The position numbers were made by a program, and so were the translations under genes. DNA of 28,837 nucleotides from the NCBI RefSeq assembly GCF_006345805.1, contig NW_021833190.1, forward strand, positions 1-28,837, read 5' to 3'. Source of the DNA: Octopus sinensis. Taxonomy: Eukaryota. The notes beneath the pieces are model-generated. The model was not told the origin of the DNA, searched no databases, and was given only the letters and a program-made list of their open reading frames with translations. This document shows positions 10,151 to 20,859 of this stretch, piece after piece; within the stretch, counting starts at the first letter, position 1, and each line of letters opens with the position of its first letter.

Positions 10151-10322
10151 TTGGAACAACGCCAGCAATTTTGGGGGAGGGTGTAAGGCGATTACAACGA
10201 CCCCCTTTACTCGAGTGGTATTTATTTTATCGACTCTAAAAGGATGAAAGGCAAAGTTGACCTCGGCTCAATTTGAACTCAGAAATGCCATTAAGCATTT
10301 CGCCCGGCGTGCTTACTATTCT
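10151..10322 (-). mobile_element. SINE family B copy (partly deleted)
   Basis: Reverse complement matches 4535-4769 head and core. Confidence 0.8.
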
Positions 10323-10328
10323 TTTTTC

Positions 10329-10710
10329 TGCTCTAGGTACAAGGCCCGAAATTTTTAGGGAAGGGGCCAGTCGATTAGATCGACCCCAGTACGCAAATGG
10401 TATTTAATTTATCGTCCCCGAAAGGATGAAACAAAGTCAACCTCGGTGGAATTTGAACTCAGAACGTAAAGACAGACGAAATACCTATTTCTTTACTACC
10501 CACAAGGGGCTAAACACAGAGAGGACAAGCAAGGACAGACAAACGGATTAAGTCGATTATATCGACCCCAGTGCATAACTGGTACTTATTTAATCGACCC
10601 CGAAAGGATGAAAGGCAAAGTCAACCTCGGCGGAATTTGAACTCAGAACATAAAGACAGACGAAATACCGCTAAGCATTTCGCCCGGCGTGCTAACGATT
10701 CTGCCAGCTA
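10329..10710 (-). mobile_element. SINE family B dimer
   Basis: Two tandem cores joined at GAAATACCTATTTC (~10478-10491); head intact at ~10660-10710. Confidence 0.9.
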
Positions 10711-10729
10711 AGCACCTTATTCAATGATT

Positions 10730-10845
10730 TCAAATTTTGGCACAAGGCCTGCAATTTAAGGAGAAGGGGTAGGTCGATGTTTAACTGGTACTTATTTATC
10801 GACCCCGAAAAGATGGACAGCAAAGTGAACCGCGGTAGCATCTTT
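10730..10845 (-). mobile_element. SINE family B 3' fragment
   Basis: TTTTGGCACAAGGCC tail and TATCGACCCCGAAA core. Confidence 0.75.
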
Positions 10846-10994
10846 CCATTAAAGTATTGTTGGCTTTCTGTCTACGTTAGAAACATTTGCATTATTTACT
10901 TTATATAACTTGTTGTTTTTGAAACTGTAGCGTGGGCATCGACGAAACGCTCGTCAGAATTGTACAGCTGCCGATAGGCCACGAACTGAAAGAG

Positions 10995-11112
10995 GTTAGG
11001 GTATTGCACTCACGATCGCAAGACCACGGTTTCGATTCCCGGATCGTTATGTTCTCGAGCAAAACACTTGAATTCACCTTGTTACACAGTCCACTCCGAT
11101 GTAAATGAGTAA
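10995..11112 (+). mobile_element. SINE family C fragment
   Basis: GTTAGGGTATTGCACTCACGATCG...GGTTTCGATTCCC head and GAGCAAAACACTT...CAGTCCACTC..TGTAAATGAGTA (Meta/MESC-like) body. Confidence 0.65.
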
Positions 11113-11194
11113 CATTTTTATTTTCAGTGATATAGGAAACCGGCTTGACCGGCCCCCATGTGTCTTAGGACTCTAAACAGTAATGTTCTGCGGT

Positions 11195-11195
<1 letters not shown>

Positions 11196-11241
<46 letters not shown>

Positions 11242-11584
11242 GTGGTGGTGATGATGATGGTGATGATGATGATGATGATGATGATGATAATGGTGATGAT
11301 GATGATGATGACGGTGATGATGATGACGATGATGATGGTGATGACGATGATAATGATGATAATAGTGATGATGGTGATGATAATGATGATGATGAGGGGG
11401 AGGAGGCGGAGGAGGAGGAGGAGGAGGAGGAGGGGAGGAGGTTGAGGAGGGAGGAGGAGGTAGTGGGAGAGGAGGAGGGGAGGAGGAAGAGGAGATGGAA
11501 GAAGGGAGAAGTGGAGGAGGAGGAAGGGGAGGGGAGGGGAGGAAGATATGGAAGAGGGGAGAAGGGGAGGTGGAGGAGGAGGAG

Positions 11585-11616
<32 letters not shown>

Positions 11617-11687
11617 GGACGACGACAACGACGGCGGCGACGGCGACGACGACGACGACCACCACCACCTCCACCACCACCACCACC
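11196..11687. repeat. compound trinucleotide array (GAT)n-(GAG)n-(GAC/GGC)n-(CAC)n
   Basis: Direct reading; source of the poly-M/S/E/H ORFs. Confidence 0.95.
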
Positions 11688-12067
11688 TGAACGTTTTTGC
11701 TGAATTAATATTTAAAATATGGCGCCTTGTGACAATCAGCGTATGTCCCTCTGCTGACGAGCTGAGCGGAGAAAAATGTCAATTCTGACGTCTGCTGTAC
11801 AAAGCGTTTTTTTTTCTTCTCTACTACACCTCCCTCTTCTCCACTACTCCCACCGCTTCTGGCTCTATTGTCCGCCGTGTTTAATAGTACTTCACCTTAT
11901 TCTCAAACCAAAATACCAAACTATTAGCATGAAAAAAAGAGTAAATAAGTAAACGAAATGAAATAAAATATGATATCAGTTTAAGCTCTGGACATTTCAA
12001 AAGCAAATACTACAAATAGCATTTGGCGAAAATGTCGTGGAAACTGGACATTCGGGAATATTGTGTG

Positions 12068-12075
12068 TATACTAC

Positions 12076-12120
<45 letters not shown>

Positions 12121-12344
12121 GTCTATTTTCATAAAGCTTCCCGTTATATATATATATATATATATCTATATATATATATATATATATACAAATAGACAGA
12201 CAGACAGGTAGACAGATGGAGATATATAGATGTAGATATATATGTATGTATGGACGTATAAATATATATGCACATATATACACCCACGTACAATTCGAAT
12301 ATAAAGAGATATCCATATGCGCATTTAGGTGTGGTGTGTGTGTG

Positions 12345-12380
<36 letters not shown>

Positions 12381-12382
12381 GG

Positions 12383-12413
<31 letters not shown>

Positions 12414-12732
12414 TGTGTATATAGGAATAAAATTATATATAAAGAGCGAACACAGAAACAGACAGGTCATTCGAAGCCTTTAATCTTCAGTCAGAAACCG
12501 GATCATGTATATATATATATATAATATATTATATATATATATATAATATATTATATATATAATATATATAATATATATATTATATATATATGTATGTATA
12601 TACATATACATATACATATATATATATTATATATATATATATATATATGTATATGTTATATATATATAGATATATATATCTATATATAATATATATATAT
12701 ATATATATATGTATATACATATACATATATAG

Positions 12733-12782
<50 letters not shown>
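12068..12782. repeat. (TA)n-dominated compound microsatellite region with (TG)n and (GACA)n
   Basis: Direct reading. Confidence 0.9.
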
Positions 12783-12783
<1 letters not shown>

Positions 12784-13309
12784 CTGAGCGCCTATTATAA
12801 TAATACTGTAATTGTTCCTTGTTGTTGTTTTTTTGTTTCCCGTTTGGATTAAAATTAATATATATATATATATATACGAGGCTCATATATGCACGCACAC
12901 GTTTCAAATCTATCTGACATTCAGAACAACAAAACGAAAATCGAGTGGGGAGGACGGGTAGGGGTGAACTATTAACAATAGAGGCACGTTGCGTAATACA
13001 TACATCCATACGGATATATATATATATATAATGCACGACATATTGATTGTGACAACACTGAACATAGAAGAACAATAACACACACACACACACACACACA
13101 CATTGGGTCTGACAATTTCAAAACCTGATGGAGTTCTTTCCTCTCGAGATCTGAACATAACCGATAGTACCGATTCTAGCGAGAATGTGCGAGTGAGAAA
13201 GAGAAAGAGAGAGAGAGAGAGTGAGAGAGACGGAGTGACGGACAGATTGAAATAGAGAGAGAGAGAGAGAGGGAGAGGGGAGATAAAGTGAAGAGGCGGA
13301 AAGTAGGAC

Positions 13310-13460
13310 TTTATCCAGTAAATGGACAGGGACTTTAATTCTAAAACGGACGAAAGAAATGTTAGCCTTGGTGAGATTTGAACCTTAATTGCAGAAAAGA
13401 AAGACAAACGAATAATGCAAGGCCTCTTTTTTTTTCTGATGCTCTAACAACTCTGCCAAC
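13310..13460 (-). mobile_element. old, degraded SINE family B copy
   Basis: CCTTGGTGAGATTTGAACC and GCTCTAACAACTCTGCCAAC correspond to family B core and head. Confidence 0.5.
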
Positions 13461-13617
13461 ATGCCATGGGCTTGTGTACATACAGGGAGCGAAAGCTTCT
13501 TGCGAACGAGATTTTTATGTCAGGGAAACAAAAATATTTATTAGGAAAACCAATATATTTTTATACATACAGGTCGTGGCTTAGTGGTTGTACATACAGG
13601 TCGTGGCTTAGTGGTTG

Positions 13618-13710
13618 TACATACAGGTCATGGCTTAGTGGTTAGGGTGCTGGACTCATGATCGTAATATTGTGGTTTCGATTTTCAGACCAGGCGAGTT
13701 TGATGAACAA
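13618..13710 (+). mobile_element. SINE family C tRNA-like head
   Basis: TGGCTTAGTGGTTAGGGTGCTGGACTCATGATCG...GGTTTCGATT; preceded by two extra copies of a 27-bp unit. Confidence 0.7.
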
Positions 13711-13990
13711 ACTCGGATTTTTTAACAGTGTGTGGCCATCGAGAATGTTTTTTTTTTCTTCTTCTTTTGTCCACAGAAGACACTTTGTCCTCTCAGAGGT
13801 CTTTTCTAATCACAAAGGACTCGGTAATATTTAAGAAGTTTGCAGTTTCAGAATCACAATGATTGGCGGCCGAAGTGACGAGAGCGACACACTTTTCCAT
13901 CATCTTCGTTAAATTCGAAGAAAATTCCGTGTTGGAATTAATAAAAGAGAAGATATTTAGTTAACATTTGAACTACTAATACACTTGTGA

Positions 13991-14290
13991 AGGCGCATAG
14001 CTCAGTGGTTAGAGCGTCGGGCTCTCAATCATGAGGTAGTGAGTTCGATTCCCAGACCAGGCTCTCGTGCTCTTCAGCAAATACTTTCTTTCACGTTGCT
14101 TTAGTTCACTGAGCTGTATCGGACCCTTTGCCTTTCCCTTGGATAACATCGGTGGTGTGTAGAGGGGAGGCTGGTATGCATAGGTGACTGCTGGTCTTCC
14201 ATAAACAACCTTGCCCGGACTTGTGTCTTGTAAGGGAACTTTCTGGGTGCAATCCCTTCATGACCGAGGGGGGTCTTTACCCTTTTACCC
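13991..14290 (+). mobile_element. tRNA-derived SINE (C-related), near full length
   Basis: Canonical A box TAGCTCAGTGG and B box GAGTTCGATTCC, C-like body, distinct 3' part ending CTTTACCCTTTTACCC. Confidence 0.8.
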
Positions 14291-14344
14291 CGATGCACTT
14301 ACGCTTATGGGTTTTACCAATTTTGTTCTCAAACAGCTGACGCA

Positions 14345-15010
14345 CTATGCACTTACATATATACATATATACATACACACATTCATGCATACATACATAC
14401 AAGCATGCATGCACGCATACATATATACATATATACATACATACATACATACATACATGCATGCATGCATGCATGCATATATAGTATATACGCGCATACA
14501 AACATACATGCATACATAATACGTACACGCATACATGCATACAAACATACATACAAGCAAGCATGCATGCATACATACATACATACATACATGCATACCT
14601 GCGTGCATACATACATACATACATATATAGATACATACATGCATACATACATACCTGCATGCATACGCACATGCATGCATACATACAGGCATACATACAT
14701 ACATGCATACAAGCATACATACAAACATACATACATATCTACATACATGCATACATACATGCATACATGCAGACACACACATAATACATACATGCATACA
14801 TACCTGCATGCATGCATGCATACACGCATACATGCACACATAAATACATACATTCATGCATATATACATACACACATACGTACATACACATTATTACATG
14901 CACACATAGATACACACATGCACACATACATACACATTATTACATGCACACATACATACACACATTCCTTCATCCATCCATTCATTCGATCATTCTTGCA
15001 TCCGTGCGTG
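14345..15010. repeat. degenerate (CATA/CATG/CACA)n array
   Basis: Direct reading. Confidence 0.93.
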
Positions 15011-15425
15011 TGTGTGACGCATGTAATTACATATTCTAAATATAGTCAACGCAGCGGCATATTTCCTTCATCTGTTATCGACTTAATATAACAACGATTT
15101 CAATAACTTCCTAGGTTATCGTCCCCGCTAAAAAGTGCCGAGATATATATTGATACAAATAGAGAAACGAGCAGGCTTGTTGTTCTTGTAGTTGTTGTTG
15201 TTGTCTTCATTTTTTTTTGTCAGCCTAGATATGAATAAATTGCGACCCTGTTATCCAGCCAGATACCAATCAACAACAAGAGCAGCTGTAATTCCCACGC
15301 AACAACTATTTTGTTTTACTTCTTGTCGAGGATTTGATCTGCCTCACAGTTTTGGTCCTTTATCTTTCAACAACAGGCACAAGGCCTGAAATTTGAAAGA
15401 AGGGCTAGTATTTTCTTTTCTACAA

Positions 15426-15753
15426 TAGGCACAAGGTCCAAAATTTTGGTGTGAGAGGCCCAGTCGATTAGATGGACCCCAGTACGCAACTGGTACTTAA
15501 TTTATCGACCCCGAAAGGATGAAAGGCAAAGTCGACCTCAGCGGAATCTGAACTCAGAACAGAAAGACAGACGAAATACCTATTTCTTTACTACCCACAA
15601 GGGGCTAAACACAGAGGGGACGAACAAGGACAGACAAACGGATTAAGTTGATTATATCGACCCTAGTGCGTAACTGGTACTTAATTTATCGACCCCGAAA
15701 TACCGCTAAGAATTTCGCCCGGCGTGTTAGCGTTTCTGCCAGCTCCCACCGCC
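15426..15753 (-). mobile_element. SINE family B dimer with internal deletion (preceded by a tail fragment at 15376-15409)
   Basis: Same dimer junction GAAATACCTATTTC (~15573-15586) as 10329-10710. The head-proximal unit is deleted between two CGAAA motifs (CGACCCCGAAATACCGC at ~15689-15705). Confidence 0.88.
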
Positions 15754-15755
15754 TT

Positions 15756-15927
15756 AGGGCTAGTTTATTACATCGACCCCAAATGCTCAGTTGGTATTTA
15801 TTTCATCTACCCCGAAAGGATGAAAGGCAAAATCGACTTCAGCGGAATTTGAACCCAGGTTGTAAAGAGCCAGAAGTAATTCCGCTAAGCGTTTTGCCCG
15901 ACACGCCAACGATTCTGCTAGCTCGCC
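15756..15927 (-). mobile_element. SINE family B monomer
   Basis: Core and head homology to 4535-4769. Confidence 0.82.
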
Positions 15928-15949
15928 ATACTTTCTATCATAGGCTCAT

Positions 15950-16155
15950 AGGTACAAGGCATGAACTTTTAGGGGTGGAACGGTCTGATCGATTATATTG
16001 ACCCCAGTGCTCAACTGGTACTTATTTCATCTACACCGAAAGGATGGAAGACAAAGTTGACCTGGGTGGTATTTTGAATTCAGAATGTAAAGAGCCGGAA
16101 GAAACGCTTCTAAGCATTTTGTCCGGCGTGCTTACCATTCTGCCAGTTCGCCGCC
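15950..16155 (-). mobile_element. SINE family B monomer
   Basis: GGTACAAGGC tail, core, and GCCAGTTCGCCGCC head end. Confidence 0.82.
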
Positions 16156-16248
16156 TTGCATTCATGATGAACTGCCATTGGCTAATATACAGTCCAACTG
16201 TCATGAAGATTCGGCGAAACCGTACCACTTTCGCAGGACCTTTTAGCA

Positions 16249-16398
16249 TAGGCGCAGGCCTGGCTGTGTGGTAAAAGCCTGCTTCCCGACTACATGGTTC
16301 CGGATAGTTCCTTGGGAATGTGTCTTCTACTAAAGCTTCAGGCCGACCAGAGTCTTGTGAGTGAATCTGGTAGACGAGAACTGAAAGAAGCCCGCCGT
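16249..16398 (+). mobile_element. SINE family A, 5' half
   Basis: TAGGCGCAGGCCTGGCTGTGTGGTAA head through GAAAGAAGCCCGCCGT, ending in the internal microsatellite. Confidence 0.8.
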
Positions 16399-17056
16399 AT
16401 GTATGTATGTATGTATGTATGTATGTAGTATGTATGTATGTATGTATGTATGTATGTATGTATGTTATGTACGTATGTACGTATGTACGTATGTATGTGT
16501 ATATATATATTATATATATATATATATATAATATATATATATATATTATATATATATATAATATATATAATAGAAATATTAAAATTACTAAGTCTCTCTA
16601 AAAGAGAACAACGGCAGCGTCCCGGAAAATATTGTTCAAGGTTATATGGATTACAGTTTGTGTATCAAATAGCTAACTTAAGGCGAGGGCTCAGGAGCTA
16701 ATAAGCGGTCAGCTTTATTCTTATTTTTATAAGAATGCCATATTAGTATGGCGATAACTAATATATATATATATATAGTTGTGAAATTGAATTCCTTCAA
16801 GTAAGATGTAACCTTCGTTAGTATTATTAAAAGCAAAAACCCTGAAGAGATTCTACCCTTTACAGCTAAAATTCTTAACATTGGATTTAACCCAAATGCT
16901 TTGAAAAGGGCCAGAATCGAATCATATGTAGGTTTTGAGTCTTCTATTGTGTTTTTTAAATTTTTTTGTGTGTTTATATGTTACAAACAAAAAATGATGC
17001 AAATAAATTAACTATACATCTTTAACTCTCCATTTCCTTACATTATTAATTTTTCC

Positions 17057-17132
<76 letters not shown>

Positions 17133-17271
17133 TGTATGTATGTATGTATTATGTATTATAAAATATGTGTATATAATATATATGATATTATATATATCTA
17201 TATATATATATAATATATAATATATATATATATATTATTTTTCATCCATGTGTGTGTGTGTGTGTGTGTGT

Positions 17272-17490
17272 GTCATTGTGTTTGTGCTTGTCCCTCACCA
17301 CCGTTTGACAACCGATGTTGGTGTTTTTACGGCCACGTAACTTAGCGGTTCGACAAAAGAAACTGATAGAATATGTACTAGGCTTTTAAAAAAATTAAGC
17401 CTTGGGATCGATTTGTTCGACTAAAACCCTTCAGGGTGGTGCCCCAGCATGACCGCAGTCAAATGGACTGAAACAAGTAAAAGATTAAAA
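17272..17490 (+). mobile_element. SINE family A, 3' half
   Basis: Starts after (TG)n with GTGTTTGTGCTTGTCCC and runs to GAAACAAGTAAAAGA tail. Confidence 0.85.
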
Positions 17491-17539
17491 AAACCCACAA
17501 AAGATGGCTTTCCATTCTGTCTACTCTCGTTAATGAGAT

Positions 17540-18130
17540 CGCTTTCCTTTAATCAATGGAGTGGCCATAAGTGCCCCGGAATAGATTGGTCAGAATAACC
17601 TCGTAATGGAATGATCACGAGATCCTTGGCCGAGGGCCATATTAATACCCTTGACCACCGTACCAAATTGCATCTGTGTGTAGCAATGCCTATCTCAACC
17701 TGGCCTCGATCCCAAGACCCCTTCTTAGCATTATTCAAGAGAACTGTGTTGATACGGTCGACATTACTCAGCATCCTGGTTCTTTATCGTTAGAATCTAC
17801 TCTTTTCATTATCGCGATGGAATTCCGTTACATTATGGTCTGACTGCGACTATTCTTGGCTTTGGTATGGAATCGATATTGTTGGAATAATTCATTTAGT
17901 TGGTCTCGGAGACTTTTGCTTCTATTTTAGCTTACACTACAGCAGTGAAGTCATCCATAAAACGCACAACTGTGGCAATGCAAGGAGTCTTCCGATCTTC
18001 ATTTCTAGTTAGTTGCTTCTTGCGTCACCCAGTATCATTTCCATAGCAACCACGAGAGAAAATTGTGCATTCCATCAAGTTGCTGATCTCCAATGCAGGT
18101 TTGTTGTGAATTCTTGACGGCAAACCGTAT
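17540..18130 (-). mobile_element. degraded RT fragment of an RLE-class LINE, HERO-like
   Basis: Across frameshifts: LEISNLMECTI/LVVAMEMILG (compare GCTISxxLFVxAMExI), VVRFMDDFT (catalytic xMDD), KAKNSRSQTI (compare KPxKSRSL), RVLIWP. Multiple stops. Clade is from remembered motifs. Confidence 0.55.
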
Positions 18131-18131
18131 A

Positions 18132-18263
18132 GATACAGAGCTTAGGTGCCGTATTGGAAGCTAGAGATACAGTAACTACGTATCGTATTAGAAGCCAATG
18201 ATAGTGTGTAGGTACCGTATTAGAAGTCATAGATACAGTTTAGGTACAATTTTAGAAGCTGTA
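18132..18263. repeat. 4-unit ~33-bp degenerate minisatellite
   Basis: Units start at 18132, 18166, 18200 and 18232; approximate consensus GATACAGT-TAGGTACCGTATTAGAAGC-A. Confidence 0.8.
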
Positions 18264-18269
18264 GTATAA

Positions 18270-18728
18270 AGTATAACTGGTACTCCGCCGGTTACGAAGA
18301 CGAGTGTTCAGCAGCAATATTATTTTTTCCGCCCATTGGATGACAGCCAGTAGATCTGACTGAAAGCATGTCTGGTCACCCACTTCAATGATGACCTTCT
18401 GGATCTTGGAATCATCTGCAAAGATTCTTATGTTTCTGTGCTTGACGATGTCAGTAATGTCATTGATACAGATGAGGAAAAGAAGTGGGCCCAACACAAT
18501 GCCTTGTGGAACACCACTGCTGACTTTGGTTGGGCTCGATTTTACTCTTTAGACTACAGCGTGTTGGGTTCTGCCTGTCAGGAAACACTTCATCCATTTT
18601 AGTAACTTTCCAGAGACACCAATGGTGGATAGTTTTTTTCAAGAGGATCTTATGATCTACCCTGTCCAAGGGCTTGCTGAAATCAAAATAGATGACATCA
18701 GTATTTGAGCCCTCTTCCAGAGTTATCA
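18270..18728 (-). mobile_element. CR1-group (CR1/L2/Daphne-like) LINE reverse transcriptase fragment
   Basis: [58 protein letters not shown]; frameshifted. Confidence 0.88.
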
Positions 18729-18737
18729 AAATACACA

Positions 18738-18768
<31 letters not shown>

Positions 18769-18846
18769 CACACCACACACACACACACACACCACACACA
18801 CACACATATATATATGCATACATAAATATATATATATATGTATATA

Positions 18847-18892
<46 letters not shown>

Positions 18893-18946
18893 ATGTACAT
18901 ATATATATATATGCCATATATATATATATGTTACATATATATATTA

Positions 18947-19004
<58 letters not shown>

Positions 19005-19030
19005 CATATACATACATATATATATAATAA
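18729..19030. repeat. (CA)n/(TA)n compound microsatellite
   Basis: Direct reading. Confidence 0.93.
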
Positions 19031-19084
19031 GGATTATTACGAAGTAGTATAACATTACCATGAATTCCTTTATATATCTATCTA

Positions 19085-19516
19085 TATGTATGTATGTATG
19101 CATGTATGTGTAGATTTGTATCTTTTATGTATGTATTCTCATGCATATAGTTACATATCTAGACATACTGATATATATTTAAATGATAAACTTTTGGAAA
19201 GTTTTACAGACTTTTACAGTTCCATTGATGGATTGGATCTGTAGTCTTCGTAGTGAGGGATTGTAGTCTTCTCCTTTCTGGTTTTGAGGAGCCTAATTTC
19301 TCAAGATTGGTATTTAGGCATTGTGTTACATGTCCCAGGACCCCAATACTTACAGGTATAAACCTGAACTTATAATCTGGATAGAGTAACTGCAGATTTC
19401 TCAATAGTCCAGCGTAGATGTTCGCTTTTCCACTGATCTTTAGTTTTATGTTAACATCCACTGGGCAGCTAATTTCCACAGCTGTGCACAATTTCTCTTC
19501 TCTATCCCAAATCATT
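19085..19516 (-). mobile_element. 5'-truncated RLE-type non-LTR retrotransposon 3' end (copy 2)
   Basis: ORF 19204-19515 [59 protein letters not shown] fits the PD-(D/E)xK RLE C-terminus; stop at 19179-19181; homologous to 7759-8210. Confidence 0.85.
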
Positions 19517-19760
19517 GTGTATGTATGTATGTATGTATGTGTATGTATGTATGTATGTATGTATGTATGTATGGATGGATGGATGGATGGATGGATGGAT
19601 GGATGGATGTATGGATGGATGTATGTATGTATGGATGGATGGATGGATGGATGGATGGATGTATGGATGTATGTATGTATGTATGTATGTATGTATGTAT
19701 GTATGTACGTACGTACGTGTATATATGCGTCTATATGTGTGTACGTACGTATATATGTGT
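19517..19760. repeat. (TATG)n with embedded (GATG)n blocks
   Basis: Direct reading. Confidence 0.93.
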
Positions 19761-20192
19761 GTCTGTGATGTATGCTTACGACATTATTTGTGTGTTTGTG
19801 TGTATGTGTGTATTTTTACACACCCTTATTTGTAAGTAGTTGTTAAAATACAGTGTATAGAATATATGTTGCTTCCTTGAGATTCTACAAATAGCGTAAA
19901 TGAATAAAGAAAAAGACTGTACACACAGATCTGTGACGACTGGGCGGACAGACGAAGAGAAGAAGGTCGCAGCTATTGTACGGCGGTGTAACGCATTAAG
20001 AAGCTAATTGTATCATCACTTATCAGTGTTGTCAAACAAAAATCGTATGAGAGACATTTAATGAAAACGCTCGCAATACTATAAATAGCAATCGATATTC
20101 TTAGTAATTATAAAACCTGTTTATATCAGAAGCTATAGCCCGTGTGTGGGTCACATATGTGTGTGTGTGTGTGTGTGTGTACAAATACATAC

Positions 20193-20260
<68 letters not shown>

Positions 20261-20265
<5 letters not shown>

Positions 20266-20370
20266 AAGTACTAGGCTTTACAAAGAAGAAGTCCTGGGGT
20301 CGATTTGCTTGACTAAAGGCGGTCCTCCAGCATGGCCGCAGCCAAATGACTGAAACAAGCAATGAAAAAG
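20261..20370 (+). mobile_element. SINE family A 3' terminal fragment
   Basis: AGAATAAGTACTAGGC...CTGGGGTCGATTTGC...CCAGCATGGCCGCAG, following a (TA)n run. Confidence 0.85.
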
Positions 20371-20383
20371 AATATTATATATT

Positions 20384-20414
<31 letters not shown>

Positions 20415-20666
20415 CAAAATGGGACAAGAACGCAAAACATCCAGACAGTTTAGGTAATACAAAAAAAGGGACAACAAAACATCCAGGTAGACGATACAAA
20501 GAAAACAAGGACGGGTCATTCGGAGTTTTCTTTCCTCAGTAGAGTTCCAGATTATCTTTGCAATTTTGGCAGAGAGAGAGAGAGAGAATGAGAGAGAGAG
20601 AGAGAGAGAGAGAGATAGACGTATGTATGTATGTATGTATGTATGTATATGTATGTATGTATGTAT

Positions 20667-20839
20667 GTCGGGTACCGGATCGATCCCAAAATCTAATCAG
20701 TTTGTGCCAGTCACAAGGCCAAACATCCCTGAAAGTGTCATCTGAATCCATCCAGTGGTTCTTGAGATATCTTGTCCACGGACAAACAAACAAACATGAC
20801 TAAAAACAATACCCCCGCCTTCGCTATGGCGGAAGTAAT
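20667..20839 (-). mobile_element. Helentron/HINE-like non-autonomous element end
   Basis: Minus strand begins ATTACTTCCGCC-ATAGCGAA-GGCGGGGGTA (hairpin), then (GTTT)n-GTCC and TTAGATTTTGGGATCGATCCGG. This architecture resembles DINE-1/HINE-type repeats; class is inference. Confidence 0.55.
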
Positions 20840-20859
20840 AATTGCGCTTCCTCTCACAA

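Noticed and set aside
10935-10960. CTGACGA/GAAAC hammerhead-like motifs (also ~11753-11785)
   Set aside because: Stem II is not followed by GAAA in the required register; these are only short hairpins.
13564-13643. CRISPR-like direct repeats (also 18132-18263)
   Set aside because: Units are contiguous without unique spacers, in eukaryotic context, with no cas genes.
13991-14062. tRNA gene
   Set aside because: A and B boxes are present but the acceptor stem is not completed and the sequence continues into a SINE body; it is a SINE head.
20414-20568. Purine-rich segment with internal duplication GGGACAA...AAAACATCCAG, probably an interspersed repeat end
   Set aside because: No second copy or diagnostic motif in the window, so it cannot be classified.
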